Assembly (NCBI GenBank): GCA_030704615.1
Contig: CM060731.1
Location: 22,196,001-22,260,000 of the forward strand
From: Takakia lepidozioides
Lineage: Eukaryota; Plantae; Bryophyta
Direction of reading: 5' to 3'
Length of the DNA: 64,000 nucleotides
Both the position numbers and the translations under genes were made by a program. How positions within the stretch are numbered: position 1 is the first letter of the stretch; each line of letters starts with the position of its first letter. The notes beneath the pieces are model-generated. The model was not told the origin of the DNA and did not search any database. It saw nothing but the letters and a program-made list of their open reading frames with translations. Shown piece by piece: positions 1-12,645 of the stretch.

Positions 1-1097
1 AATCCACACTATGGAATATCTGCATACGCACTCGGGACCTTGCTACCCTGCCTGCCTTTCCTTTTGGTGTCCTCATGCATTGTGTACTTCCTCGTGGAGC
101 TACATGCAGGATTTGGGCACTTCATGTATTTCGTTTGTGTTCTCTTCTTCAGTCTGCTGGTAGTTGAGAGCTTAATGATGGCGATGCAGCTATAGTTCGA
201 AACTATTTTGTGGCCATGGTTGTCGGAACTGGATCTCAGGTATGCATCCTGCCAGTGTCTTCGCCATAGAACAAGCATTGAATTTCAATTACCAGATCTC
301 AAGTGTTGCTTGCACATCTGTAGTAGGGGACATCATCGCTACAACATAAGCCACATGTTGAAAATTTTTGGCAGATCATTTTGTGCTCAGAACATGATCT
401 GAACAAAAAGCTCACCACAAATAATATGTAAATTTGTGTGCGGTAGTCTTCAAGTTTTGGCATAACCTTTACAAATACCAACACAATTTCTAAATGGACA
501 TTGCAGAGCATATTTCTGCTAGTTGGGGGCTAGTTCCGACTTGCTCACGACATTCCAAGGCCTATTTGGACATATCCAGTGTCATACATCTCCTTCACAC
601 ATATTCTATTCGGGTAACTATCAGCCCCATCTTATGCTCTGCTTTTCTAGATATATTATGAAGGGCTTAGCTCTATTCTGGTGGTCTGGGTTGTGTTTCA
701 TCCTTCATCATGCAATGCTTTTTGTAATTAGGAGTATGTTCATTGACTCCATCCCCAGTTTGGTTTGGGCAAAAAGAGGAAAAGAGGTGTGAGAATAGAA
801 AGAACTGAATTTCAGGCATACCCCTATTGCAGAGAGAAACCCACAAACTTTTCACTATCCACATGGATGCCATTTTGGATTTGACAGGGCATGTTTGAGA
901 CCGAATTCAGGGGCTTAACGGATCTTGACAACAGTCTCCAACTTCCAGGCGCAATGTACAAATTGGAGCATCCTGGAAAGTGGAAAGACGTGGTTATTCT
1001 CTTATGCATGGTTGTATTCTACCATGTTGTGTTATATGCATTCATTTCTCTATACTGGTACACCCAACCCCTGCTGGATTCCTTCAAGCTTCAATGA
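1..1097 (+). pseudogene. ABCG (WBC/ABCG11-like) half-transporter, 3' exons of the ABC2 membrane domain, disrupted
   Basis: Translations HYGISAYALGTLLPCLPFL...HFMYFVCVLFFSLLVVESLMMA (1-~240, donor cag|gt ~240), FRLAHDIPRPIWTYPVSYISF (~535-600) and GMFETEFRGL...KWKDVVILLCMVVFYH (888-1097) match ABCG11-type C-termini. In-frame stops and frameshifts are present. Confidence 0.8.
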
Positions 1098-2379
1098 CAG
1101 CAAAGATGGAGACCCTGAAGCATGGTGATCTTTCCTGGCTCAAACGACTGTTGCTTTCTGGTGAGACTAGACCATTGGCAGTCAAGAATCTGTATGTTAC
1201 TAAGAGTGTAGTCTCAGGTGCAAGAATATCTATAAGAACAAGTTGATCGTTTGAAAAAACACTCCAAGAACATTTCGAAGATCTTCACTTTGGTGATCAC
1301 ACAATCCATTTTGAGAAATAGTTGGGCTATGAAAGCTATGAAAGCTCCTTTAAAAGTATCAACCTTTGGGAATGTCTTCCATGCTGAGCTTGGCAGAGAG
1401 GCAACATTGTTATCCCTTCTCAAACCTCAAAAAAAGATAAAAAAAACACGTAGTAGAGAGAAATCATTGCACCGGATACAACATGTGGTCATTGTGGTCA
1501 TTGTGGGCAATCCACATGGTCAATGTGTCAATGGATTGACCATGCACATTAACCTTTCAATGTGCATATTTTATTTTCTTGCCTCGTGAAAGTTTAGGCT
1601 TCCTCTGTCAACATAGAAGATGACTCTATTATGTAGCTGAGGGAGGGGAAAGATGTGACTACAACCAGGCCAAGCCCAATCTCAGTTTTCTTAATTGATT
1701 TTTATTCTTAAAAGGGAGCAATCCCTTGGAGAGAGCCTGGGTGAGATGATGCCAATGGGAGTTGATATAAATAAGAGCCCCTTCCCCTTGCACTGTTAAA
1801 GAGGAGGTTGTGTAAATTGAAGTCTAGTCTGATCTGTTCCAACTGGACACAAGACCTATGCCACAAGAATGTAAGCATGACCTAACCCACGCTCACACAC
1901 AAAAAGGCATACATGAGGATGCATTAACATAGAATTCTAACCATACTTGATGTACACAACCTCTTCCCAAATTCATGTGCAGAATAGCAGCTATTAACTC
2001 TAAATACAGCTCTATTGTGTCAAGCGAAAACAAACTATGGACATGTATCTTTCTTGTGATTTGAGAGCTTAGGAAGTAAACAACATAGGCAGCAGACTGA
2101 GAAAAAAATACGGAAGACAAATATGGACCTAGACATGTATATGGTCAAGTGGTATTGTACGGGTAAAGAATATGGCAACACCTCACATAGAGATTGGGAG
2201 GGAAAATAGGGGATAGTCAACAAATGATACAAAACTGTCTTTACCTACAGGGTGGTGTAAATGATGGTAGAATCAGAAGCAAACAGAAGCCAGCTGCCAA
2301 CTAGGACACATGTAATACATTGTTGTCATTTGACTGCACAGTTGTAGAGTAGGCAAAGGTCACCCTTCACAAAACACAA

Positions 2380-5300
2380 CTCATCTAGCACTATGTTGGT
2401 ATAGGCAATGTAAAATCCCTCTGAAGAGCTCAGTTCACCAACTTTCAAAATCTCGAGGCAGGCCTTCCTCAAGGCTGAGCCCTGGGTTTAATTGTTGGGT
2501 AGCTCTGGATGCAGTTTGTCATGTACCACAAAATTGTGGACCCGGTTGCCGATCTCCATGTAGCAGGAACCTGGTTGCTTTCGGACACCTCTGATTTTCA
2601 TCATTGTCCTTACCTTTGCAGTATCATCCCACTGCCAGCTGCGGCATAGATATTTGATAGCAGCACATTAGTCGTAGCATCATGTCGACCCCATCTAAGA
2701 ATAGATTTTGCCGCTCGTTCTGCCACCTCCACATTGCCATGAATTCTGCAGGTACCAAGCAAGGCTTTCCACACCACCACATTTGGTTGGACTGGCATTT
2801 CGTTAATGAAGTCCTCAGCCTCAGATTTAGGGGTTTTCATTGATTTCCAAACTTCGTGTTCATACTTTTGCCCACTATATCGGTGTAACTATAACTTGAT
2901 TGTTACCAGAATGCTCTTATGTTCCATAGAATGTAGCCAGTGATGAACAATCTGACTACTAAGTAATACCAATGCCTTTAGCAACATGGGCCGCAAGGCT
3001 ACAACAAACAATGTCTTCGAGTACGTTGCTTTCTCCTTTAGCAACATTAGCACCTCTACTTGAAGAGGAGTTTGATATCTCATTCTTGCTATTTTTGGGG
3101 GGCAACATTAGACCATCGTCTGCACTGCTGAGTATTAATTATAAAATTATGCCTAGATTATTCTTCACTATTCCACCCACAACAGGATCGTGCTCTAGGG
3201 AGAAATGAAGGCATGTTGTCTCAAAGCCTTACACCAACTCGGCCTGAGTACACCACAATCAATCCTCGTCCAACAATGGTTGTTTGCAGATGTTTGTAAA
3301 AATAAGGACCTGAAGATTCATAGAACATCAATACAGCTCCACAGGTATATCGACGTACAAAACCTCTATTTCTCTTGTTGCAACATGCATCTCATAGCTC
3401 ACTTGAACCCTAATAGGCAAACCATACATTTACTATTGTACCTCATGTGGCACGAACATGAGGGTGTCCTCAAGTTTGAGTAGTGTATCAAGCTCATCTT
3501 TGACAGGTCCAATCAGTACTCGGTATAACTTCTCTCTTCCTGTCAGTTGGAAACAATTAGGGTAGAATATATAGCATTGTTTGACTCTGACCATCAGGCC
3601 AAGAATATCTCTGACAATACAGAACAGTTCAGAAACAATGAGGAAGAACTAGCCATCTCTGACATCAAGCTCTTGATTAACTTCAAATAAAAGTTACATC
3701 ATCAATAATCTGGTGTCTTTTTTGCCTCTCCTGGGCTTCGACAACCAGTATTTTAATCTTTGCAACCAGACCAGGGATCCAAGGATTGTAGTAGTCCATC
3801 CTGGTTCCATAGGGATTTATTGCAGAAAGAAGCTTGTGCACTGCTGCCGCTTCCAATGTTTCAGCCCTGCACGGCCAAGAAGGTCCACCATGCAGCCGAA
3901 GTGCTCCACTATAAGATTGAGGCCATGATCTCGACTCAAAGAATCGAAGTAGTGTCTGCCTTCATCCACTAGGCCCCCATGGCTACATGCTTGTAGAACA
4001 CTTAAAAAGGTGATACCATTTGGCTTGAAGCCTTCCTTTTGCATACCTTCAAATAGTTGTAGGGCTTCCCTACGACAACCATGTTGGGCATATCCTGCAA
4101 TCATTGCACTCCATGAAACCACATTTCGTTCAGCCATTTTGTCAAACACTCCCTTTGCATCCTTGACACTCCTGCATTTAACATACATGTCCATAAGGAC
4201 AGTGTCCAGAATGACACCTAGTACAATTCCAGCTTTCATGATGTCAGCATGGATTTCTTTGCCCTTTCTGAGAGCTGCCAGGCAGGCACAAGCATTGCAA
4301 GCAAAAACAAATGTGACCTGGTCAGGCTTCGCCTCTTCCCAAATCATTTGCTCATAGGTCCCCAAAGTCTCCATCCAGCACGCATGTTGGGCATATCATA
4401 TGATCATCGCATTCCAGGACACCAAATTTTGTTCAGCCATAGTGTCATTTGAACACTCCCTTTGCATCTTCGATGCTCCCACATTTCACATACATAGCCA
4501 CAAGGGTACGTATCTGATACAATTCCAATTCTCAAGATGTCAGCGTGGACCTCTTTGCCTTTTTCCAAGGCTACCAAGCTCGCACACACATTGCAAACGC
4601 AGACAAACGTGACATGGTTGGGCTTCACCCCTTTCCATATCATTCGGTCATAGGTCCCCAAAGCCTCCATCCCACACCCATGCTGGGCGTATCCTGTAAT
4701 CATTGCACTCCATGATACCACATTTCGTTCAGCCATGTTGTCAAACACTCCCTTTGCATCCTAATGCTACCGCATTTGGCATACATGTCCACAAGGGCTG
4801 TGTCCAGAATGACACCTGGTAGAATTCCAGCTTTCATGATGTCAGCATGGACCTGTTTGCCTTTTTCTAGGGCTCCCAGGTTTGCACATGATTTGCAAAT
4901 GCAACCAAACGTGACCTGGTTGGGCTTCACCCCTTCCTGCATCATCTGCTCATAGGTCTCCAAAGCCTCCATCCCAAACCCAGGTTGGACATATCCTGCG
5001 ATCATCGCACTAAATGACACCACATTTTGTTCAGCCATTTTGTCAAAGACTCCCTTTGCATCTTTGATGGCAGCTCCCGCATTTGGCATACATGTCTACT
5101 AGAGTAGTATCCAGAATGACACCTGGTAGAAATCCAGCTTTCCTGATGTCAGCATGGACCTGTTTGCCTTTTTCCAAGGCTGCCAGGCTCGCACATGCAT
5201 TGTAAACGCAATGAACGTGACCTGGTTGGGCTTCACCCCTTCCCACATAATTTGCTCATAGGTCTCCAAAGCCTCCATCCCACACCCATGCCGCGCATAT

Positions 5301-5990
5301 CCTGCAATCCTAGCACTCCAGGACACACATTTTGTTCACTGTTGAACACTCCCTTTGCATCCTGGATGCTCCATTTAGCATACATGTTCATCAGGGCAGT
5401 GTTCAGAACGACATCTGGTACATTCCAGCTTTGATGATGTCACCATGGACCTCTTTGCCTTTTTCGAGGGCTGCAAGGCTTGCACATGCATTGCAAATGC
5501 AAACGAACGTGATATGGTTGGGCTTCACCCCTTCCTGCATCATTTGCTCATAAGTCTCCAACGCATTCCTACCACACCCATGCTTGGTAAATCCTGCAAT
5601 CATTATGCTTGGTGTGCATCCATGATGCTCCCACACTTAACATACATGTTGCCCACGGTGTTGTGTATAATAACATTGGATAATGTGAGCGTGCACCTGC
5701 TTTCCAGCTTCCAGGCCTTTCATCTTGGTGCACTTATACAAGAGACAGACGTAATTACTGAATCTGCTGGAATTTGTCCTTGATATAAAGTCTGTAGAGC
5801 CTCTTTCAGTCGCCCAGCCTCACATAGCATCCTCACATGCCCAGAAGTGCCAGAAGAGGCCTCTTGGCCGTCTACCAGAAGCTATGGTCATAGTGGAGGT
5901 GCCTGGATTGATCAACTGTGCCGCTGCTTCTGCCTCCACTTGACCATCTATCCATGCAGGTTTCTTGTAGCTATCGATCCAAAGGGAATC
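2380..5990 (-). pseudogene. PLS-class pentatricopeptide repeat (RNA-editing type) gene with E/E+ domain, fragmented
   Basis: Repeated P-L-S motifs (VFDKMAERNVVSWSAMIAGYAQHG, KPNQVTF, LEKGKQVHADI, DTALVDMYAKCG) across ORFs 3817-5636. E domain EAEDFINEMPVQPNVVVWKALLGTCRIHG at 2610-2840 and PG-box-like GVRKQPGSCYMEIGNRVHNFVV at ~2525-2600. Many frameshifts, no intact DYW domain, and a ~1 kb insertion after MVDLLGRAG. Confidence 0.9.
2830..3862 (-). pseudogene. Foreign intron-containing gene fragment inserted in the PPR pseudogene, including a CHAT-domain-like exon
   Basis: The segment separates the PPR 'DLLGRAG' from 'EAEDFI'. Exon 3442-3539 is bounded by ag/gt and reads REKLYRVLIGPVKDELDTLLKLEDTLMFVPHE, resembling the LYxxLIxP...LxxVPxG start of CHAT domains. 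Confidence 0.4.
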
Positions 5991-6562
5991 ATGAGTAATC
6001 TTGTGCTTGAAATCCTGCCCTCTTGGATGAATCTGGACCCACGCTCCATCCCTACTCCTTCAGCTATCCCTGCTTCTGCACCAGTAATTTATAGATCCTC
6101 GCCTTACTACTAGCAGCTGACAATGACATCCTGGTTTGTTCTAGCCAACACCCCAACCTTACTTATCACACATTAGTCCCTAGGCTGAATTGCTCCAAGA
6201 CTTATAAAATGTGATGGGGAGAGATAGGGGATGGCAATTTCCAATAAAGCTTTGTGATACATCTTGTTGTCTGTTTCTCTCTGTAGTCTAACAGGTACTC
6301 ACATTTTGCCGCGATTGTCCCACCATTGACTGGGGTCCAACAAATATTCATTCCAACACTTCTCTTCACCTCTGTTATCTGTTTTTGGATACTTTCATGT
6401 TGCCACATTTGCAGTACCTTGTCAAAATCACACCAAACCACCATAGATCCACCCAACAAACCATAACTCCCAGAATTCAACATAAAATATTAGGGATGTC
6501 TCTGATACCAGGGCACAACAAACTGAAATGTGTTTGAAGAGTTGCTCTCACGACATTGTTCT

Positions 6563-6841
6563 TGTCAAGTAAAGTTTACTAGTAGTGTGAAACTAGCCAA
6601 TAAATAACTAGTTTTTATATATGACACTTGGGCTTGATCCAAGTGTCAACCCAGGGGTCAAGATATTTGTTGGCCCCTGGGCGTGGCTTATCTTCACGGC
6701 GAACATGCGGCGAGGCTCATCTCTCTCGAGTGAAAAGATGCACAAAACCAAACCAACATTTCACTCATAAAATAAGAATCAAGCCCACTGCACCCCCAAG
6801 GCTTAGGGGAATCAACAGTACACGCGCTATAGCCGACGCGG
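6563..6841 (+). repeat. 5' terminal repeat B of copy 1 (6563-6730 direct; 6731-6841 inverted distal half)
   Basis: 6565-6730 matches 12276-12441; 6731-6841 is the reverse complement of ~12451-12561. Confidence 0.92.
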
Positions 6842-7844
6842 TAGCATCGCTGAGCCATCTATATGATGATCCGGATGTAGTCTAATGGCCAACTCACGCC
6901 GTGTCATGCCCCGAGCCTGCTTTGATCCTCCCAGAGATGTTTGTATCTGGAAATGACAAGGCTCCATATCCGCCTCCATGAGGCCCAAACCTGCAATAGC
7001 AGCTCTGCCCAACATCAGTGGCTGAGCTCCTGAGTCCAACAAGACCCGTAGTGGCCGGTACCTCTTGCCTGCCGGTCTACTCAAAGAGAAAATGCCATCC
7101 TGGTTGTCTAACAAGACAACTCCAGGTGTCACCATGGCGCGCTCAAAGGCTGGCCTAGCTGGCAGCTCCGTCAACCTGGCAATTGCAGCTTGCCATGGCA
7201 GTCTTGACCCTCAAATCCGAGGATCCCTCTGCCACTACACCTTCCACTAATTCCGCAGAAGATGAAGTGATCTCCCCACTCTCGCAGAGTGTTGCTGCTA
7301 GTCTGAACACTACAGCTGGTCTTACCCCCGGCGTCGCAATCATGGTTGCCAAGAACAGTGGGGCCTGACACACAGAGGTGGCCGCCCCCAACAACACACT
7401 GGCTGCACTAGCCTTGGTAGCAGGTGTCAGTGCTGCACGTGTAGCTCTCCCCAATGGCACAATAACATCCGCCTCGGTATCCATTGGGCGAGAACTAGGT
7501 GCCATGGATGGCGTCGACACTGTCTCCGCCAAGATGAATGATTGAGGCAACCTAGCCTGACGGCTTGCCTCCCCACGCTGTGGATCCAATTCCACCTCTG
7601 CACCTCGTGGCTCAGGAACTCGTGCTGCTCCTCAAGTGACGGCTGCAGCAGAATCCACCTGTATAAGTAGCCATTCAAGTGCTGCCCCGCACATAAATCC
7701 CATGCCTCCCATGTCTCCTTTGTCAAGATGACACTGCTGAGGAGGAACAGGAGGTGGACCCTCAGGTCTTGGAGCTGGTACCACCTGAGCTGTGGCCATG
7801 GCAGCAAGCCGTTGCTCTAGCTGCTGAAGCCGGCTGGCCATGCC
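6842..7844 (-). pseudogene. Inverted Gag C-terminus and aspartic protease segment of copy 1
   Basis: ORFs 7155-7595 and 6827-7174 (VLLDSGAQPLMLG, D-S-G protease motif) are collinear with copy 2 at ~32280-33260. Confidence 0.85.
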
Positions 7845-8796
7845 TTGGGCTTTCATCAGCTGGGTATGGCAATGGGTTACAAAACTCAAGGTCACGCCTG
7901 TTTTGGGAGATGTTGAGGGTCCTGCGTTATTTACAGCTTCAGCAGACAGACTCTCCGACATATATCTTGGAGAATGTGCCATTGATGGGTGATTCTCATG
8001 CCAAGGTGATGGCCAGTGTACATCAAGTGCGGTCTTGGCTTGGGTCAGCAGTGTTGCTGGATGCAGCTGCAGTAGGGTCACGGGCTCATCGCCCACGACT
8101 ATGGTGGACCAACTTGATGCCACATGCAATGCTCAAGTGTGCATTTGATGGGGTGCAGCGGCCACCAAACCTCACGGTTGATAGTATTTTGGACATAGGG
8201 AGGCAGTCTCAGCGTGTGAGACACGATGACCGATCACCTTTGGCAGTGGTCAATAAGGTGGGTCACCCATGAGCAGCATTGCCTACACTGCTCAGCTTTC
8301 CAGGATCTCATGCTTTCCGGGATGGTGGACCTGGCCTCTTGTGGGATAGCCAGTTGTAGCAATTAGTGGAGCCTAATGCTGACGAGCGCGAGTGGGCGAT
8401 GGGTTTTACCACTGGTACCACGACGGTGCCATATTTTTCTGAGGGATCACGTCGTCAGGTGTTGGGGCAAACAATGGATCTCAATTCCTTGACCTGGATT
8501 ATCAGCTTGGCTATGGCTGAGCAGCGCAGAGTATGGAGTACACTTCCCTTGATGGTCTTTCTGCCTACCGAGACGGTACAAGCAGCAAGTGGGGGCGAAC
8601 AGGTGAGGACCACGAGGTGTAGGCTGCATCCATGGCATACGTGGGAGGTGCTCGAGGTTCAGAGGGAGTTGGCAGCCAAGGCGGCGGTGATGGATGAGGT
8701 TAGGGATTTTTCTCGGGTTGAGGGATGATGAGGCAGGATGAGACATTGTCACTGACAGAGCAGGTAGTGGTTACTACTCAAGAGATTGCAGCATAA
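7832..8796 (+). pseudogene. DNMT3-type C5 cytosine methyltransferase, motifs IV-X (copy 1)
   Basis: GWPC (7832-7843), LFWEMLRVL, YILENV, VLLDAAAVGSRAHRPRLWWTNL, EPNADEREWAMGF, RRQVLGQTMD. Motifs I-III were lost at the inversion junction and there are internal stops. Confidence 0.88.
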
Positions 8797-11700
8797 CAAC
8801 CACGGGACGCGTCTTCTACCTCTAAGTCTGCTGGACTCAAAGTTGCAGTCACGGAGGACAACTAGGAGCCTGATGTTGGACCCATAGTCACCGGAGGAGA
8901 GAGACGACGTATATGGCAGTTCTTGAGGGCTTACAGGAACTGCTTTGCCTTCAGTTTGAAGGACTTGGGAGCACTGAAGGGTCAAGAGATTCGCATTGAA
9001 TTAGCTACTGACACGCCAATCTTTCGGAGACCTTATAGATACAGTGACATGGAAAGGTCCTTGATTCAGATGAGGACTCAGGACCTCTGGGAGGCTGGTT
9101 TGGTGGAGCTATCTGGTGGAGATTATGCTTCAGCCACAGTGATGCCAACCAAGAAGGATGTCTATGGCAATTGGACGGAGAGACGTATGTGCGGTGATTA
9201 CCGGCCTGTAAATCGTCAGACCAAGTCCGATAGGTATGCCATGCCAACACCAGAGGAGATCTTTGATGCCATTGGGCATGCCAAGGTCTTTAGCACTTTG
9301 GATTTACGATCCGGATATCACCAGTTGCCGATCAAGGAGGCGGATAAGCACAAGACGACATTCTGGGGGATCAATGAGCACGGGAATGATTGCCTATACC
9401 AGTGGCGGTTCTTACCATTTGGGCTTAAGAACGCTCCTGCAGAGTTTCAGAGAGTCATGGATAAGATTCTAGCAGGGGTGGAGTTTGCTCGGTGCTACAT
9501 AGATGACATCATCATCTTTAGTGCTACGGTGGAGGAGCATGAGAGACACCTTCAGGTGGTATTTGAGCGCTTGAGGGTGCACGGATTGAAGTTACATCCG
9601 AGGAAGTGCAAGTTTTTCCACAACCAGATTGAGTATCTGGGTCACATGATATATCCTGGAGGATTGGGGGTACAACAGACTAAGGTAGAGGCCATTGCAC
9701 AGATTCCACGCCCCACGGATGTGAGTCGAGTTCGAGCTTTTATGGGGTTGGCAAACTATTATAGACGGTTTGTCAAGGGATTTAGTGACATTGCAAAGGC
9801 TCTAACCAAGCTGACCAAGGTGGACCAGGAGTGGCAGTGGGAAGATGAGCAAGAACGAGCTTTCCAAGAGCTCAAGGCGAGGTTGACCTCGGCGCCCATC
9901 TTGAGACGACCTATTAGGGGGCGTCCTTTTCATCTGCATATAGATTGGAGCATGCTGGGGCTTGGAGCGGTGCTCACACAGGTGGATGATGAGGGAAGAG
10001 AGTTCGTAGTGGCTTATGCTAGCCACTCGAACAACGCTGCAGAGGCTAAGTATAGCTCATATGAGGGAGAGTGCTTAGCTGCAGTGTGGGCCGTGGCACA
10101 CTTCAGGTGTTATCTATACAACAATCTCTTCACCCTTGTCACGGATCACCAGCCACTCAAGTGGTTGATGGAGTCAGACAAGCTTACGGGGAAGCTTGCA
10201 TGGTGGGCACTCATACTTCAAGAGTATGACTTTCAGGTTGTGCATCGACCGGGTTTGGTCAATCGGGATGCGGATAGGTTGAGTCGCAATCCATGCACGA
10301 GCCAGCAGGATGCCACTAGAGCTTGGTGGCATGGTGAGACGGACGAGGAGATAGTGCCCGGATGGCATGCATCTGCATTTCTATGCATCTTGGCAGCGGA
10401 AGGCCAGGTTGGACCTACAACAGGGATGATTGTAGACCGAGTGTCTGAGGACCCTGAGGCCAGAAATGAGCAAGGTGGCGCCAAAGATATACATGAGGAT
10501 TCAGCTGTGTTGGACTATTTCCGCACTAGGGGCACGACAACCACTGTGACTGCCAAGGAGAGGGATCGGATCCTACAACGAGCCAAGAGGTTCAAGTGGG
10601 AGGGGACACACCTGCTCCGAGTGTGGGAAGATGGTCGAGTGAGGATTGTGCCTCACCCAACCCAGCGGGCACGGTTAGTGCGGCATGCCCATGATGAGTT
10701 GGGGCATTTTGGGATGCGACGCACTCATAGTCTACTGCAGGGGCAGTATTGATGGCGTGGTATGCACACAGAGGTATAACAATTTGTGGCTAGGTGCATG
10801 GTGTGTGACAGGGTGCGTGCTTCATTCAACGCCCCTACGCCACAATTGCACCTCTTCCGATCATGGGATTGGGCTACAGGTGGAGTCTTGACTTCGCAGG
10901 GCCGTTGCCATTGACCATGTGCCACAACAAGTACGTGTTGGTGATGGTGGAACACTTTTCCAAGTGGATCGAGTTGGTTCCATTGTCTGATAAGGCTAGT
11001 GAGGGAGTTGCGTATGCATTCTTGGATTGTGTACTTAGCCGATTCGATGCTCCAGCTGAGGTACTCACGGACCAAGGGAGAGAGTTATTGGGGGGAGTTT
11101 CAGGCGTTGTGTGACAAGGCCTTGGTAGACCACCGCACCACTTCTCGGGATCATCCTGAGGCCGATGGCTTGGCAAAGAGGGTTGTTCAGATAGTGAAGA
11201 GGGGTTTGCGCAAGTATGGCTTGCAGAAGGGACACCTAGGAGATTGGGACCTTCAGTTACCCTGGTTAGCCATGGGCTACAGGTTCAGGAAGCAAGCATC
11301 ACTTGCCTCCTTCTCACCATACTTTCTTCTCTTTGGCCGAGAGCCAGATTTGCCTTCATCCATTCGTAGAGAAGCTGCTACAGTTCTCAACCTTGACGAT
11401 CCGGATGTGTGGGCATGTGCATGTGGTCAGCGCGCGGAGTTGTTCAAGAAAGTCATGCCCATGGCTTTCGAGAACCTTGCCATTGCACAACATCGTGCTA
11501 CGTTGAGGTATGCTATCATACGTGGTGGGGGCTATCGTCCTGGGGTTCGGAGATTTCACCCTGGTGACTATGTTTATTTGCAGTAGACTGCTCCAATGAC
11601 CCTGGATGTGACTGCATGACGTGTTATTTTGAGGGTTCGAGAGGTATTGCCCTCAGGCATCTTGATCTTGGAGGGTCGGGATGGCATGACTTGGAAGGAC

Positions 11701-11931
11701 CATGTGCGTAATTGCGCGCCATGTCACCTTCCGAATATCGATGGCATGATTGACCCAAACTTGGCAGTGGTACCTACAAGTTTGAGGTGCATGTTGTGTG
11801 GGTCTGCTAGAGGGGCAGCCACCATGCTGGTGTGTGATCGATGCTCTAGAGGTTGGCATATAGGATGCTTGACTCCACCTCTTGAGATGGTTCCTGATGG
11901 GGATTGGTTATGTCCGCATTGCATTGGATAG
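8797..11931 (+). pseudogene. RT-RNaseH-integrase-PHD polyprotein of copy 1
   Basis: LPFGLKNAPAEFQR, YIDD, RNase H (DWSMLGLGAVL, EGECLA, TDHQPL), HHCC, SLDFAGP, TDQGRE, and a PHD C4HC3 finger CMLC...CDRC...HIGC...WLCPHC. Stops at 10750 and ~11584 plus frameshifts. Confidence 0.93.
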
Positions 11932-12188
11932 TGGGAATGGATACAACCATGGAAGGCTAACAAGAAATGCAAGGTCAAGCTACTAGGAGACCAACACACT
12001 AGATCCTGGCTCAAGTTCACAGATTGCAAGACGGCGACTAACGATGGGGCTACTCTTGTACCCGGCCTCTTGGTCTATAGAGTTTGAGTACAATAGGGAC
12101 AGTGATAAAGGACTTAGTACGGCTGTGGCTATTACATCTTGTAGCTATTTGGAGTTAGAGGGACCTAACCACCAGCTAGGGGGGCGAT

Positions 12189-12645
12189 TGTGGCAGACTA
12201 CTTTATTGTGCGTATATGTTGTGTGGTTTGGACAGCGATGTAGTTATGTAGCGAGGTGTATGCGCACGACAACTATCAAGTAAAGTTTACTAGTAGTGTG
12301 AAACTAGCCAATAAATAACTAGTTTTTATATATGACACTTGGGCTTGATCCAAGTGTCAACCCAGGGGTCAAGATATTTGTTGGCCCCTGGGCGTGGCTT
12401 ATCTTCACGGCGAACGCGCGGCGAGGTTCATCTCTCTCGAGTTGAGCCTCCCGCGTCGGCTATGGCGCGTGTACTGTTGATTCCCCTAAGCCTTGGGGGT
12501 GCAGTGGGCTTGATTCTTATTTTATGAGTGAAATGTTGGTTTGGTTTTGTGCATCTTTTCATTGTGGCAGACTACTTTATTGTGCGTATATGTTGTGTGG
12601 TTTGGACAACGATGTAGTTGTGTAGCGAGGTATATGCGCACGACA
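12189..12645 (+). repeat. 3' terminal A-B-A split direct repeat of copy 1
   Basis: A (83 bp, 12189-12271) and A' (12563-12645) differ at 3 positions. B (12274-12561) matches the 5' end. The block is preceded by the polypurine tract AGGGGGGCGA-T. Confidence 0.93.

Larger units (their letters stand above)
6563..12645 (+). mobile_element. Copy 1 of the Gypsy-type DNMT/PHD retrotransposon with split direct repeats; internally rearranged and 5'-deleted
   Basis: Termini TGTCA (6563) and CGACA (12645), with an imperfect 4-bp flank ttct/tcct. Contains a partial C5-MTase, RT, RNase H, integrase and PHD; PPT at 12178-12187; repeats B (6563-6730), A (12189-12271), B (12274-12561), A (12563-12645). Confidence 0.9.

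Noticed and set aside
6563-12645. Classification as a DIRS/Ngaro element because of split repeats and a methyltransferase
   Set aside because: The element encodes an HHCC/DDE integrase, a protease and a PPT, has no tyrosine recombinase, and its methyltransferase is C5-type rather than the adenine type found in DIRS.
12189-12645. A-B-A as an independent TRIM with 83-bp LTRs
   Set aside because: B is also the 5' terminus of the large element, A follows that element's own PPT, and there is no TSD around A-B-A.
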